The translations under genes were made by a program, and so were the position numbers. The notes under the pieces are model-generated. The model was not told the DNA's origin, ran no database searches, and worked only from the letters and a program-made list of their open reading frames with translations. Below are positions 13,022 through 25,829 of a stretch of DNA of 64,000 bases, piece by piece. Within the stretch, counting starts at the first letter, position 1; each line of letters begins with the position of its first letter. Origin of the DNA: Utricularia gibba (Eukaryota; Plantae; Magnoliophyta); NCBI GenBank assembly GCA_002189035.1, contig NEEC01000004.1, forward strand, positions 1,860,001 through 1,924,000, read 5' to 3'.

Positions 13022-15121
13022 AAAAGCATGTACTTGTTTTGTGGGATCAAATATTTGAATCTTGTAGTTTGTACTGGTGATGCAAGGCCTCCTTGCTGTG
13101 ACTGAGAAATCCACTAGTTGCCATTACAACCGCAGATAAACAGCCTTGTTCTTTGGCAGTCATATTGAACGTTTTTAGTTGGCTGAAACCTGTGAATTGT
13201 GATAGTGGACATTTTTTTTTTTTTCAAAACTTCGAGTGCAAATAGGCATTCTAGATCGGTATCAGAATACATGAATGGTATCTAGATACAAATCGATACA
13301 CATGCATGAGAAGCATCAAAAAGGGTGTAGTCTGAATGCTTTGGAGTTGTAAAAGTGTGCAATGCTCTGCTCTGAAACTCTAAACATGGTGGTCGTGGCT
13401 GTGGTAGGGGATAAAAGCAGTTACATATGGATATTTTTATCGAATCAGGTAAGCTGGTTGCTAAATACTTGGTGTCTAAAAACTTGTCTTGGACTGCTTT
13501 CAAATCATTTAAGTAGGGGCTTGGGATTGTAAGATCATAAATTCAGTAATAGTATCTTTTATTAGTTAAGAATGAAAAAAAAAAGAAATATATTTAAATA
13601 TATAGATTATTTTAATTTTATATAACTTTTTTAAAAAAAAATATAAATAATGAAAATTAAATAATTAAATGGAATAGCATGATTTATGATATTTGATATC
13701 AGAACAAAATTCGATTTACTATCAATGGTATAATAAGGCATTCAATAAAAATGTTGAATAACTAAGTCCGAGAAAATATAAGTTAAAGGTTTTAATTATG
13801 TTATATATTTAATTACATATTAAATGTATTTTCTCTAAAAGGAAAAGAACAAAAAATCATAAAAATATCTACATTATTGTCCGTATAATTTAAGTTTACA
13901 TCATGATTTTTATATTCTATATCATTATTTAAAATAAATTGAATATTAAATAATGCATATCAAACTTCAATCAATATTCATTTACTATCCTAATATTTTT
14001 TATTAATATTTATATTTATTGATTTTATATGAATTAAAAAATTGCTTAAATACAATAATAATTATTATTATTTAAAATAGAAGAAATTATTATTTAGAAA
14101 ATATATAATATAATAAACTTAAAATTAAATAAAATTATTCCAAATATGCTTAAACAAATTTGATTTAAATTGTCTATGTAATCTTATTTTTTTGGATTTC
14201 ATAACTCAAGAAAGATATGTTTCAAAATTATGAATATTTTATCCTAATAAATCAAGTGGTTGTTTTGTTATCTTATCATAATCGTTATAATCTAATTGAA
14301 TATTATATTCTTCATCTTCAATAATCATATTATGTAAGATTATAACAATATATATGATATTGATTAACATATGATAATCTCATATGTAAGCAGATAAATA
14401 AATAAATTTTAAATCATTATTTTAAATAATTCAAAAACTCGTTTTAAATCTTTTTTTAGCATTCTCTTATTTAGTAGCAATGAGCTTTATATTTAGACTA
14501 TGTGTAAGAAATGATTTTCATAAAAAATACGTCTTTCAAGATAAATATTATCAGTTAATTAATATCTTATATTATATTTTTTTCACATTGAGCAAGAATT
14601 CAACTAGAAGTCAACACCTTGATGCAAGTCACCTAATAATATTGAATGACATAATACATTGAAATTATTATTTGAATCTTGAATATCAAAGAATAAATGA
14701 TTTATCTATGTATCATTTGAAACAATTGTCTCTAATTAAACAATAGAGAATTCATGTTCCTAAGTATATTGTCTTTTCCAAGATATAGAACAATTTTTCC
14801 ATTTTCAATACATACAATGTATATTTCTTAACATATCATGTAAACCTTGAAAAGAAATTTTTGAATGGCACTTAGATTAGAACATCTCATATATTTTATC
14901 CAAACATTATACAAGTTCTAATTACAAAAGATCTTAAATATTTAAGAGTAGTACATTTTAAAAATATGCTATCATTTTCATGACAAAGAGTACATTTTCT
15001 ATTGTTGTTAAGAAGATATGATTAGTTGCATCCAGTTTTCTTTATAGCTATAGAACTTTTGAAAATTCTTATATTGGAGAAAATATAGGGATCTCATATT
15101 ACTAATTGAAGTCCTCTTTAA

Positions 15122-16664
15122 CTAATTTATATGAAATATCAACCCATTAGTCTTAAAAGCGGTGCAAACAACAGTCACGTTGTCAAGATGTTCATGTGGG
15201 TTCTCATCCACTTTTCCATAATATTTAGACAGAAAATTAATCATAGTTGGCTTTAATTCATTGGGTGTGTCATCATAAAATTTGATACATAGCCCCCTAT
15301 ACGTATGGTCAGCTGCATCAAGTTCATTCAGAGTCTTCTCCTGTTCTGCCATAAGAAAATTAACTTGAGTAACAGCAAGGGGTCTGCTCAACCTTGTTGC
15401 TTCTCTTGCTCTTGTGCGGTTCTTGTTGACAGGTCTCTCGATTTCTGGATAGAAAACAAGATCACTTGCACCAGAAGAATGCAAATGCATGAACCGAATC
15501 ACAAAACAATTCAACACCGCTCCCTGGCAACGGCGCCAATTTGATAAACGAAAAATTTACACGTCATAAATGTAAATCTTTCTATCAAATAAATTTATAA
15601 CATAATACACATTAAACATAATACAATTATGAGCATAGTGATTAGGATATAACACGAAGAGCAAGTGCTTGCTATATGAAAGTTAATGCATAAAACTAGT
15701 GTCATGTTGGTAGAATTAATCTTAACTAGGACTAAGTCAGAACTATAACGGAATACAGTAAAGAAAAGTAATAAGTTTTGGAGCTCGATTGTTTTTGAAA
15801 TGAAATGGGTGATGTCTTGGGACTCCGAGGGATGTATGCTTATCACTAAACAAACTCACACTAACCATAAATCATATAACTAACACACAAAAATCTAGGT
15901 CTACCCGGATTCTTGTTTTCCCTCTGATCTTTGGTCTACCTCTAATTAGGGTTGTAAGTTGGGTTTCATTAATTCCCCCTCCTGGATCTATCCTGGTTTG
16001 TTAAGGAAGTGACGTGACTTATGACTGATTAGGTCTAAAGATTGATTAGCACATTTCTTCCCTTTTCACCCCAAGGCACCTCCTAACTATTTAACCACTC
16101 ATGACAAGGGAAAGGAAAACGTTTTCATAGCATATCATAAACAACATTCTGATTTCAAAATTAAACAACAACAAACAATACATAACATAAATAGAAAAGA
16201 CAAATTGTTCACGTAGTGAATCTAAAACTAGTCTTAACTAGGAACAGTATTTATCAAGAATGAAAATAATCTTCAAAGAGAAGCTGTGTTTTTCTGGTTC
16301 ATTGTTCCCTTCCTTCGTCTTCCTCCAGAAACCTCCTTCAGAAAGTTGTTCGAGAGTCTCCAATGAGAAGATTTGCCTTCTCTCTTCATCTTTTTCCCCT
16401 TTTTGTCCAAAATCTCCTTTTTTCTCCTTTTTGGATTTTGTGTATATTCTTTTTCATACTTCTGCCTCATCCTCTACTACTACACTGTTCATATTCGACT
16501 CCTTGAGATTTGTACTGTCGACATGTGCTACATTGCTCGAAGGAAATTATTAGAAGGTTAGACTAAAATCACATAACTACGATATTATGCACAAAAATAT
16601 AGAATTAGACAATAAAACATGATTTTTTGTAGCACAATATGAGTAATTTCCATGTACTTCATCA
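15122..16664 (-). mobile_element. Truncated Athila-type Ty3/gypsy: 5' LTR, tRNA-Asp PBS and start of gag
   Basis: PBS TGGCGCCGTTGCCAGGGA (15538-15521), 3 nt after the LTR end ...TTTATCA (15542); gag peptides FYPEIER and NELKPTMINFLSKYYGKVDENPHEHL..VCTAFKTNG; probable LTR start TGATGAAGTACATGG at 16664 (alternative TGATAAA at 16256); no second LTR. Confidence 0.8.
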
Positions 16665-18532
16665 CTCAAAAAATATGTGTTATCAATTGAGTAGTAAATA
16701 AACTTCATTAATTATTCATATCACATAATGCAAGAAGCATACTTCACTATATACCATTTTTCAAAAATCATTCATATTCCACACGTCCATTTTGATCAAT
16801 AATCTTAACTCATGTGCAGAGTTTAATGCAACTTTGACATTTTACAGACAATATGTTATTGATATAACACATTGTAGTTTACTATGTCTATCCTATATTT
16901 ATCTAATTTATTAGTTATTGCTTTCACAACAAAGTTTTTATTTTAAGAAATTTCATCATTACCATCATCCATTTTGATTGATATTATGATATATTCCAAA
17001 TATCCAAATATATAAAAAGTTTATAAAATTATTTCTTATATAATTTCAAAGTCATATCAACCAAGTTTAGGTATTGTAATTGTTAGGATCTTATTGTAAA
17101 ATCCTATCATATAATCAAGAAAAAAAATATTACTTTAATATTTTAAGTTTTCCATTTATTCTTCTTCTAGGTCACTAAAATTTTCATTTATTCTATTACC
17201 TTTGATTGCATTAGAATAGAAAAAGATATTGACTTTCCAAAATGACACTGATTTTTGAAAATTATCGATGATCAGATCCATTGAAATATTTAATCAAATT
17301 GACATTAATATACTAACTTATTCATGTGTGTGTCCATCGAAATCATATTAACTTAAAAAATATAATTGAAAAAAACATCAAATGAATATTTAGATAAATA
17401 AATATACCATAAATACTATAAAACCAAATAGAATATATTGAAAATGATTTGAAAAAATAATAAAATTATTTCGAAAATGCATCCAAGAAAAAAATTACAT
17501 AAAAATAATAACAAGAAAAATATTTATTGTTCATCAATTTTAATCAAATTTAATATGAGAAAAGAACTTCATCAAGTTTAATAACAAGAAAATTACATAT
17601 AAATCAAGTTTAATCGAAAATTAAAATAAATAATATTATATAAAAATGTGAGTTGTGATATATTAAACTCATATTTGAGTGTACTCACATCTTGAAAATT
17701 ATGTTATGGATTTAATATAAGATAGGATTTTATGATGAATATAGATTTAAAGAGTTCTATGAAAAAAAAAACAAAAGAACTTCATCATTGAAAAATTAGT
17801 TCTTAACAAGGATTAAAGACTTAATAAAATCTAGATCATTGAATGTAATCATAGGCTTTCATTGAGTGTGGATGGGAAATGTTAAGAAATTTGAGACTTA
17901 GTTTGGTTTGTAGGTTTGAGTTTAACCAGGGTTTAAAATAAAAAAACATGTTAGATTACTATGTTAATGTTATTTAAGTTTAATATTACCTGCATTTGGT
18001 ATGTTGATTTATAACAAGTGTGTTTATTATATTTATGTATAAAATTACTTAATTACTCTTGCATTTTTAGATATGTAAATAAATTCTCTTCTACAAGGAA
18101 ATACTACAAATGTTGCACTGCGATTTTTGCCACTAAACATATGTGTTGATAAACGTTGTGAGACAAGCACTATTTTCATTGTGATGCAGTGTTTGTTATC
18201 TTTAACATATGATATAAAAATTAAAAAGCAGAGACAATGATGAATATTATTTTTGAAGGTAAGTACACGATTGGAAGTAAAAAAACAAAAAACATGGATA
18301 AAATTAAAAAATACAGCATAATTACATATGAGTATATTTAAACCCACTTTTCCAGATGAGTTTATATAATCCCATATTAATGGGTTGTTGATGGGTTTAA
18401 GTAAACATGTCGGGTAAATTTATATCTGATAGGAACCTTTATATTAAATATTATTAAAATATTAATTAAAGCAACCTAGAAACGGAAAAGATTATTAGAT
18501 ACTAATAAAAAAGAAAAGAACTTATTACAATC

Positions 18533-18606
18533 GGCCTATTAGCTCAGTTGGTTAGAGCGTCGTGCTAATAACGCGAAGGTCGCAGGTTCGAGACCTGCAT
18601 GGGCCA
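18533..18606 (+). tRNA. tRNA-Ile, anticodon AAT
   Basis: GGCCTATTAGCTCAGTTGG...GGTTCGAGACCTGCATGGGCCA; full cloverleaf, anticodon arm TCGTG-CT-AAT-AA-CGCGA, A and B boxes, upstream CAA, T5 Pol III terminator at 18620-18624. Confidence 0.97.
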
Positions 18607-18755
18607 GTATTCTTATTTGTTTTTATATTATTTATTTTAAAAAAATATACGTTCTTTGTGATTGATTCGAAAATTTTCGGTCAGAAATCCGCGAAGGGAA
18701 AGGAAAGCGAGCCAGAAACGGTGCTCCGATCTTGTTCCGTGAAGGATTGATTCTC

Positions 18756-19493
18756 ATGGACGGAGAAAAGAGAAATTTTTACTCCGTTTGGGCGTTGCCG
18801 CCGGCGCATTTGGTTCCCCGATTGAAAAACTTGATGTCCGCTCTCCGATCCAATTACGGCGGCCCTGTTTTCGATCCGCATGTAACCGTAGTCGGCGCCA
18901 TCGGCTTGACTGAAACGGAGGCCCGTCGCTTATTCACTACAGCATGTGCGAGTCTCAAGCCTTACACCGCTGTCGTTGACAAAGTCGCCACCAGCACTTT
19001 TTTCTATCAGTGCGTCTTTCTCCTCCTCCGTCCCACGCCTGAGGTCGTAATTGTTATCTCTCTCGCCGAACTTGCCTAATTCTAATTTTGTGTCTCTGGA
19101 ATTCATTTGTCTGTGTTGTTGATTTTCTAACTCTCTTCTGCTGTTTCGTTCGTTATCGTTCCAAACAGGTTCTGGAGGCTAAAGCCAAGTGCTGCGCAGT
19201 TTTCAATTACCAAACTTCAAATTGTGAGTTTATTCGTTGTTCGTTTGCAATGCAAGAATGATGCCGCCGACTTGCTTCGTTTTGCAGCTTATATGCCGCA
19301 CTTGAGCCTCCTCTACGGCGATCTAACCGAGGAAGAGAAGGTTGCTGCACAGGACAAGGGTTACTCAGTTGATGATGCGCTCGACGGCCTGAGCTTTGAG
19401 ATATCCCGATTGGCATTGTGGAAGACAGACACTGCGGATACAAGTTGTCAATCTTGGGAGATGATTGCTGAACATGATCTCACTACCCACTAG
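18756..19493 (+). CDS. Cyclic phosphodiesterase (2H family; ADP-ribose 1'',2''-cyclic phosphate phosphodiesterase, At4g18930-like), 3 exons
   Basis: Exons 18756-19043, 19169-19223, 19288-19493; YSVWALPP, two HxT/S motifs PHVTVV and PHLSLLYG, FFYQCVFLL. Confidence 0.92.
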
Positions 19494-19643
19494 CCTACAA
19501 TGCTGCTTTGCAATGTTTATGCATCTCTCTTTGGGAATAAGAGAAGAGCCCATATGTTACTCTCTTGGTTATGGTGTTCTGAACTCGGAAGTGAATAAGA
19601 GCCTCTGTAATGTTGTCTCAAATGATGATATGAAGTGCAAGCA

Positions 19644-20361
19644 TCACAGTTCAGGATGACGATGGGCATGAAAAGTGTATTGCAGGAAGAGGTCTTTGAT
19701 TGCTTGGATCAAACTGTGGAGATCAGATGCTCCTAACTCAAGGTAGTCTCTAAGCATGTCACCATCCACAACTTCCTTCTGCAGAGCGATCACTACTTCC
19801 CTCAGTGGCCCCTGTGATGAAACTGGAATGAGGCAGAAAAAGCTTGAAACCGAAAATTCGAACCTATAAATCTCAGAGGAAACATACCGATTGAGTGAAG
19901 ACTTTGAGCAGTTGCGAGATGAGGGAGTTGGAAATTCTCAAAGCATTCCTGTAATTTCTTGCGACCCAAGCAACTCTCTCGCCGTCCGAATTGCAACCGT
20001 TCAACTCACTGAAAACTTGCAGCAATTCATTCAGATCCGTCACTACGTTCCCTAACGCGGATGCTGTTTCTCTCCAGGCGTAATTTTTCACATAATCCCA
20101 TCCCAAATTCACAGCGAACCTGTAGAACCCAAGGCCCAGGCCACGCTCCAGCTGATCTGCCAACGCACGTGCACGCGCTGCCCCTTCGGTATCGCCGCGA
20201 GCAGTTCGGAGGGCGGCAACGCGGCAGGTGAGGGAGTGGGAGACGGAAAATAGAGTGCGGAGGTTTGAAACTAAGAAGGCGTGTGAGAAAGAAGCTGATG
20301 ACAGCAAAAGCAGTGCAGTAACGAGAATGACAACCCCGTGTGACGGAGGAGAAACCGCCAT
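19644..20361 (-). CDS. Secretory-pathway protein of unknown function (At1g16850/At5g64820-like), 2 exons, ends HPEL
   Basis: Exons 20361-19888 and 19811-19644; hydrophobic signal peptide, SHSLTCRVAALRTARGD, GWDYVKNYAW, SGPLRE, C-terminus ...AHRHPEL*. Confidence 0.82.
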
Positions 20362-20604
20362 CAGAGCGAGCCGCTGTAGCGGCGGCGCTACAGAGCAATC
20401 TCACTTTGCGATGCCCGTTCTCAAAAATGCTTTCAAAAGTTCCGAAGTTGAGAGTTTATTCAACAATAGAAATTTAAAACATCGCTTATTTTACAACTAA
20501 TGTCCTAAATTTCCGAATTTCCGAATTTTATTAAAATGAAGCATTCTAAAAAAATTCATTTAAATTGGTAATTGCATATGATTATAAAAAACTTATCATT
20601 CATC

Positions 20605-22040
20605 TTAATCAGCAACACTATTTCTGACCCTAACCCTTTCCCCTTTGAAATGAACATACTTGTACGGCATCTGGTACTTGATCAAGGCCAATCGTCGTTT
20701 CTCGCCTTCACCCAAAGCCTCGAACGCTCGTGCCACCCTTCTCAGTGTATCTTCGTCCGGCCTGACCCCCAACTCCTCCATGTCCGCAAAGACCTGAAAC
20801 CATTCGAGCAACCAACGTTGCGGATAACATGGATTGGAAAACGTTGAGCAGAAGGGGATGCCCATAAAGACAACCTCTATAACATTATCAGGCATGTTGT
20901 GGTGGTGGTAAAGTGCAACGATCCTTGAAAACAGTCGCCTCGAGATGGAGCGCGTGTGCTTGTGCAAGATCATGTTCCATAGCTCCGCAGCTTCATCCAG
21001 TCTCCCGTCCATGTCAAATGCCATAAGCAGACAATCGTAGGTTGACATTGTATCACCTTGGCCTTTACTCAGCATCCACTTGGACAGCTAAAAACACCAG
21101 TCTCATTTGAAAAGATGGATCGAAGTGAAGGGATTAGAGATAACGAGCTAAGAAAGTCATGCCTGGATAACGCGTTTCCATTGATTCCTCTTTGTCAGGA
21201 TTCTTAGAGCCTTAGCTGCAGCTATCAGGGGGAATTCTGTTTCCCATGCTACCCACTTGTCTAGAGCACCATAAACAGCCTCTTTCTCATTTGGAAGTCC
21301 AGACATCTGCTGAGTCAGTCGTATCCATGAATGTGTCTGTGAAGGGTGGTTGCAATGCAGAGGAATGGCGCTTCCGAAGAAACAGAGAAATGCGTACAAT
21401 TTGAACAAGGTTCAGTGCCTTCTGTCCTGCACCAGTTGAGTCTCTCTTCTTCCACAAATGATGTTGTTTCTTTCCAGCCTTCTTCACTGGTTTCCTGCTT
21501 AACAGTTAACGTGCAAACATGTGTTCTGGTTTCCATCATAGGAAAAGTAATGCTCAGTAAACTTGAAAGCTGCTTTTTCAAAATTGAAGCCTTCAATAAA
21601 TCAACAAAATTTAAACCTTCTCAAATCAAGAAAACTGTAAAAACATCACTTACTTCTCCAAACCATCCACTGCAATCAGAGCACGGTTGGTGTGGCCATT
21701 TTCTTTCAATGCAAACACCACCTTTGACAGCGAAGCCTTCTAAAAAAGGAATAAATTTCCATCTTCATAAGCTGGTAGAAATATATGTGTAAATCAATCC
21801 AAATGATAAACAAGTTCCTGCAATTAATCAGCTCTTGCCTGGAAAGTAGAAAAGCTCAACTTCCACGCCTTCTTGGAAGAAGAAGCACAATGAAACGGAA
21901 ACAAGCAACCCGGTGGAAGGTTAGGTCGAATTGATAGAAACTGAAAGACAACATACATGCCACATTATGAGATGCCGTTTATCCTTCTACACCGTATTCA
22001 GCAAGATACAGGGGTCATGGCAAACCTGATTTTGGGCCAT
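20605..22040 (-). CDS. Small PPR protein, At4g18975/EMB1417 family, probably chloroplastic (7 exons, about 281 aa)
   Basis: Exons 22040-22026, 21940-21839, 21739-21654, 21494-21398, 21306-21163, 21087-20875, 20793-20605; HHLWKKRDS, LPNEKEAVYGALDKWVAWETEFP, KWMLSKGQG, VFADMEELGVRPDED. The first two exons are less certain. Confidence 0.87.
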
Positions 22041-22337
22041 CAGGCGAATCCCACCAAAACCTGACCAAAACAGCGGTTGAAACAAAAATCATCAACTGGA
22101 AAATCGAGATTAATGGGCAAAGCGCACAGAATGACTAGAGTGAAGCCTACCCAAGGATGTACGATGATGGAAAATCTGGTTCGGTCCTTGGCTTTTCGAT
22201 TGAGGGTTGCAAAAATGAAACGGCCAAAACGCTTTGCAACCGAAGGCACGTTTGTTTAGGCCGATTTAAGACTGAAGCAGACACGGTTGTTTGGCACCGA
22301 GACCTAATTAAACACAGAAGTCTGATAATTCATACTA

Positions 22338-24857
22338 TTTCATCTAGTTTGTGTAACAAAAAAGGGGTGGGATGGAATGTAATGTACCATTATTTATCTC
22401 TTTGGTTGATAAGTATAGAATTGATATGATTATGATTAAAAAAAATGTGTATGGTTGATTTATGATTCATGTTTTCTTGAGTTATAAATAAAATTAAAAT
22501 AAAGCAATGTTTCTTTAAAACTTGTATGATTTAATTTTACTTCAAAATCGAAATAAAAGTCATTTTTTTTAGAACATAACAAAAAAAACTTTTACAAAAA
22601 TTAGATACATTATGCTTTGCAAAAACATATTTAAGTTCTCCCAAAATCCTTTTTGAGGAAACGTTTTCAAGAGAAATGCTTTGGTGAACTTCTACACCAA
22701 AAATTCCAAAGTAAGAAAAAGTTGATTTATTACTTGTGATATGTTGTAATTTTTTCTTTTTTTTCCTTTATTTTCTTCTTTTTATTCTATTTAAGTGGCT
22801 AAAGAATAGCTTTAATTATTGTATCGAACACATCCTTTACATTCTACCGTTTTTATAAAAACAAAGAAATTTAACTATTGTTAAAAATTTTAGAATGTTT
22901 TGTATTTTTAATACTACATTCTATTTACGATAGTATTTTAAGCAATTTATTCGATTTCTCAACTAATTATTTTATTGTGATTCTTTTTATCAATAGATCT
23001 TTCATATCATGATATTGTGTGTTATACTTCCGTTTATATCTTGTTATGTTCTTACTTCTATATAAAATCTAATTAGCACTAAATGTTACAAATTCCTAAG
23101 GTTTTTAAAATTATCACGATTAATCCCCAATGAATGACATGAGTAGTCCCTAATTGGCATATTTAGTCTCTAAATTTTACATACATGACATATTTAGTTC
23201 TCAACTTTTGGTCCTTAATCTTTTTTAAGGACCAAAAGATTTAAAAACCGAATACATTGGATTGTCATTGTTTAATAATTTGAAAAAATTGATCCTCATT
23301 TTCTTGGACCACCGCAAACTGCCGTTGACTATTGCTGACCATCGTTGGCATTGCCGATCACCACCGGCAATGCCCATGCCACCCACCGCTAGCGCTACCC
23401 CCGCCACCACATGCCACTATCGTTCGTGTGTGTGAATGAGCGGCCACGGGTGCAGGCAGCGAGTGGCTGGCGCATGCAGGCGATAGGTAGCACCTAGAGG
23501 TGTAATCAGTTGGTACCGGAATCAATGGTTTCGATTCTGATGCAGTTATGGAATATGAACATTCATACGGTTTCAGTTCAGTTCTATATATTTGAAAACG
23601 TGGAACTATTGGTTCCAACGTGTGTGGAATCAATCGAACCAATAGATTGGAACCGTGAATCATTGACTTGTATTAAAATATTTAAATATTCAAAATATTC
23701 ATTAAAATATACAAGTCACCCATAATAAATTTGACAATCACTCATAATAATTTTGTTAGTGCTGTAAACCATCGATAATGCATTGTGAACCATGAACTAT
23801 CAACAACATATTGTTTCTACTAATGGATTTGTCAAGTACCCATAACAGTCGTTATGGATGTTTAGGTTCAATTTTGGATACACATAACGATTATTATGAT
23901 TGTTTAGAAATAAAATATAAATTCTTTACTCATGCACCCACAACGGCTCTCGTTAGTGCTTGGATAAAATGCATCATTCATTTAAGGAGTAATCGTTTGG
24001 TTTTGATTTTAATTCTTAATAGAAAGATATCCTACAGACATCTTAATTAAGATTTTTTATATACTAAACAATTCATTAAATTGATAACTAAGTCTAAGAA
24101 AAATACCGCATTTGTAAGGGATTGATAACTAACCCAACTTTATAAATTTGCTATCTTACAATTATTCTTTTTTGTTCCTCATCATTGTGTAAGAAAATTA
24201 GTCGTGAGAGAGTGTGTAAGGATAATTACTTTTCTAAATAATCCTAATAATTTAGGCTATAGTTTGCATGATTTATTTTTTAACTTATGATTTAAAGTAA
24301 AAATTAAAATTGCTTATTACACATCACTTAACTTTTACTTATTTATAACTTCTATTCAAATTTATATTTAACTTGTACTTATTTTAAACTTATCTACATT
24401 TCTACTTAAAACTCGATTTATTTTATAAATTATGTTTACCTTACTTATCAAAATAAGTCACCAACTTATTTCAATAAATGATTTCACCTCCATACACAAT
24501 CTCAATGAGATCAAAACACATTTGTTGTTTTGTGAATAAATAATAAATAGAATATATCACAATTACTTATTTTGATTTTACTTATCTAATATATTTTATT
24601 TATAAATTAAGTAAAAGTTATGAAATAAGTCATGCATATTATACTTTAGTGATAGAATTTGGTAGCTAATTTTTACTTAAATACATATTCATACTATTTA
24701 ATCTAGTTTATGTAAAAAAAGGGGTGGGATGGGAATGCAATGTACCATTATTTATCTCTTTGGTTGATGAGTATATAATTGATATGATATCATTAAAAAA
24801 ATGCGTGCTTGATTTATAATTAATTTTTTCTTGAGTTTTAAATTAAATTAAAATAAG
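22338..24857 (+). repeat. Pair of ~165-bp direct repeats (22338-22504 and ~24696-24857)
   Basis: Both copies read tctagttt..tgtaa..aaaaggggtgggatgg..aatg.aatgtaccattatttatctctttggttgat.agtata.aattgatatgat...; roughly 80-85% identical by eye. Confidence 0.85.
23090..23700. mobile_element. Probable non-autonomous DNA-transposon remnants
   Basis: tttagtc(c/t)ct motifs, 11-bp hairpin ttggtccttaa/ttaaggaccaa (~23208-23237), GC-rich core, then a tagaggtgt...ggaacc/ggttcc-rich tract; no TSD found. Confidence 0.4.
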
Positions 24858-25829
24858 TCTTGTTATGTTCTTGTTTCTATCAAAACCTCATCATATGAAC
24901 CAAGGGTATCATAAGGTGTGATGGAAGTTATTTATATAATAATTGTTTTGGACTAGAATTTTATCATATTTTGTTATGAATTTGATTGCATATGTACATA
25001 CTGATAAAATACATAAAACCAAACCAATTATTTTATTTGTAATACGGGATTGGGCAGAATGAACAGGTATGGTTTCAAATTGGCCAATAATAGTCGATGT
25101 GGCTTGTTTTATTTTATAAGAAATTGATTTATTTTACATGATTAATTTAATATAAATGAATATTTAATAATTTTAATATATTTAAGTTATTTATATTTAA
25201 ATAAATATATATTATATGTTTAAGATTGAAAATTTGATGATTCTTATGTTTTATATTACATATATTGAATGAACAGTTAATAATAATTAATATAAAAAAA
25301 ATTCAATCCTTCATTCTTAATTGTAAAATATGTAGTTAGAAATATATTATAATTTTTTGTATAATATTCGTTTATTAAAAATGTACTGTTGTAAAAATAA
25401 TTCAAACATTTGAAAGGTTAAAAAAAATTAGTCAATGAATTTCGAGATCTTGAGATGTAACGGGAAAACGCAAAGAACTTTTGTGGGTACCACCCCGGAG
25501 TTAAGTTACTTTTCACAGCGAGCGAGTGTAGGGTTTTCTGCTCTCATCTCGGAAGCTGACAAACTCCATACTCGTTCACCAAAGAAAAATATCGATCTTC
25601 TCTTCTCTGGGGCTTTTACAGAAAATCTTTCAACTTCCGTGCGCGTCTACGTATATTATTGGGTAAACTCAACACTCGCTGTTGTGCGTTCGTGGCCCTC
25701 TGTTGGTTGTATTTTTTGGTTGTTGTTTCCCCCTTTTTTATGCGTTTTCTGATAAAGAAAAAGGGGAAGTAACGGCTCAAAGAGCATAAAAAGGCTGGGC
25801 TTTTGCGGTAGATCTGGTTTTGGGATAGG

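Noticed and set aside
16260-16561. Short K/E-rich and F/S-rich ORFs
   Set aside because: Low-complexity sequence inside the Athila LTR
18090-18250. CACTA-like terminus (tactacaaa..gcgatttttgccac)
   Set aside because: No exact CACTA end, partner TIR or 3-bp TSD
2143-20361. Putative cold/stress signalling gene cluster (CRPK1-like, clade-E PP2C, At1g16850-like)
   Set aside because: Functional link is only by family association; genes are interspersed with unrelated ones and no shared regulatory signature is evident
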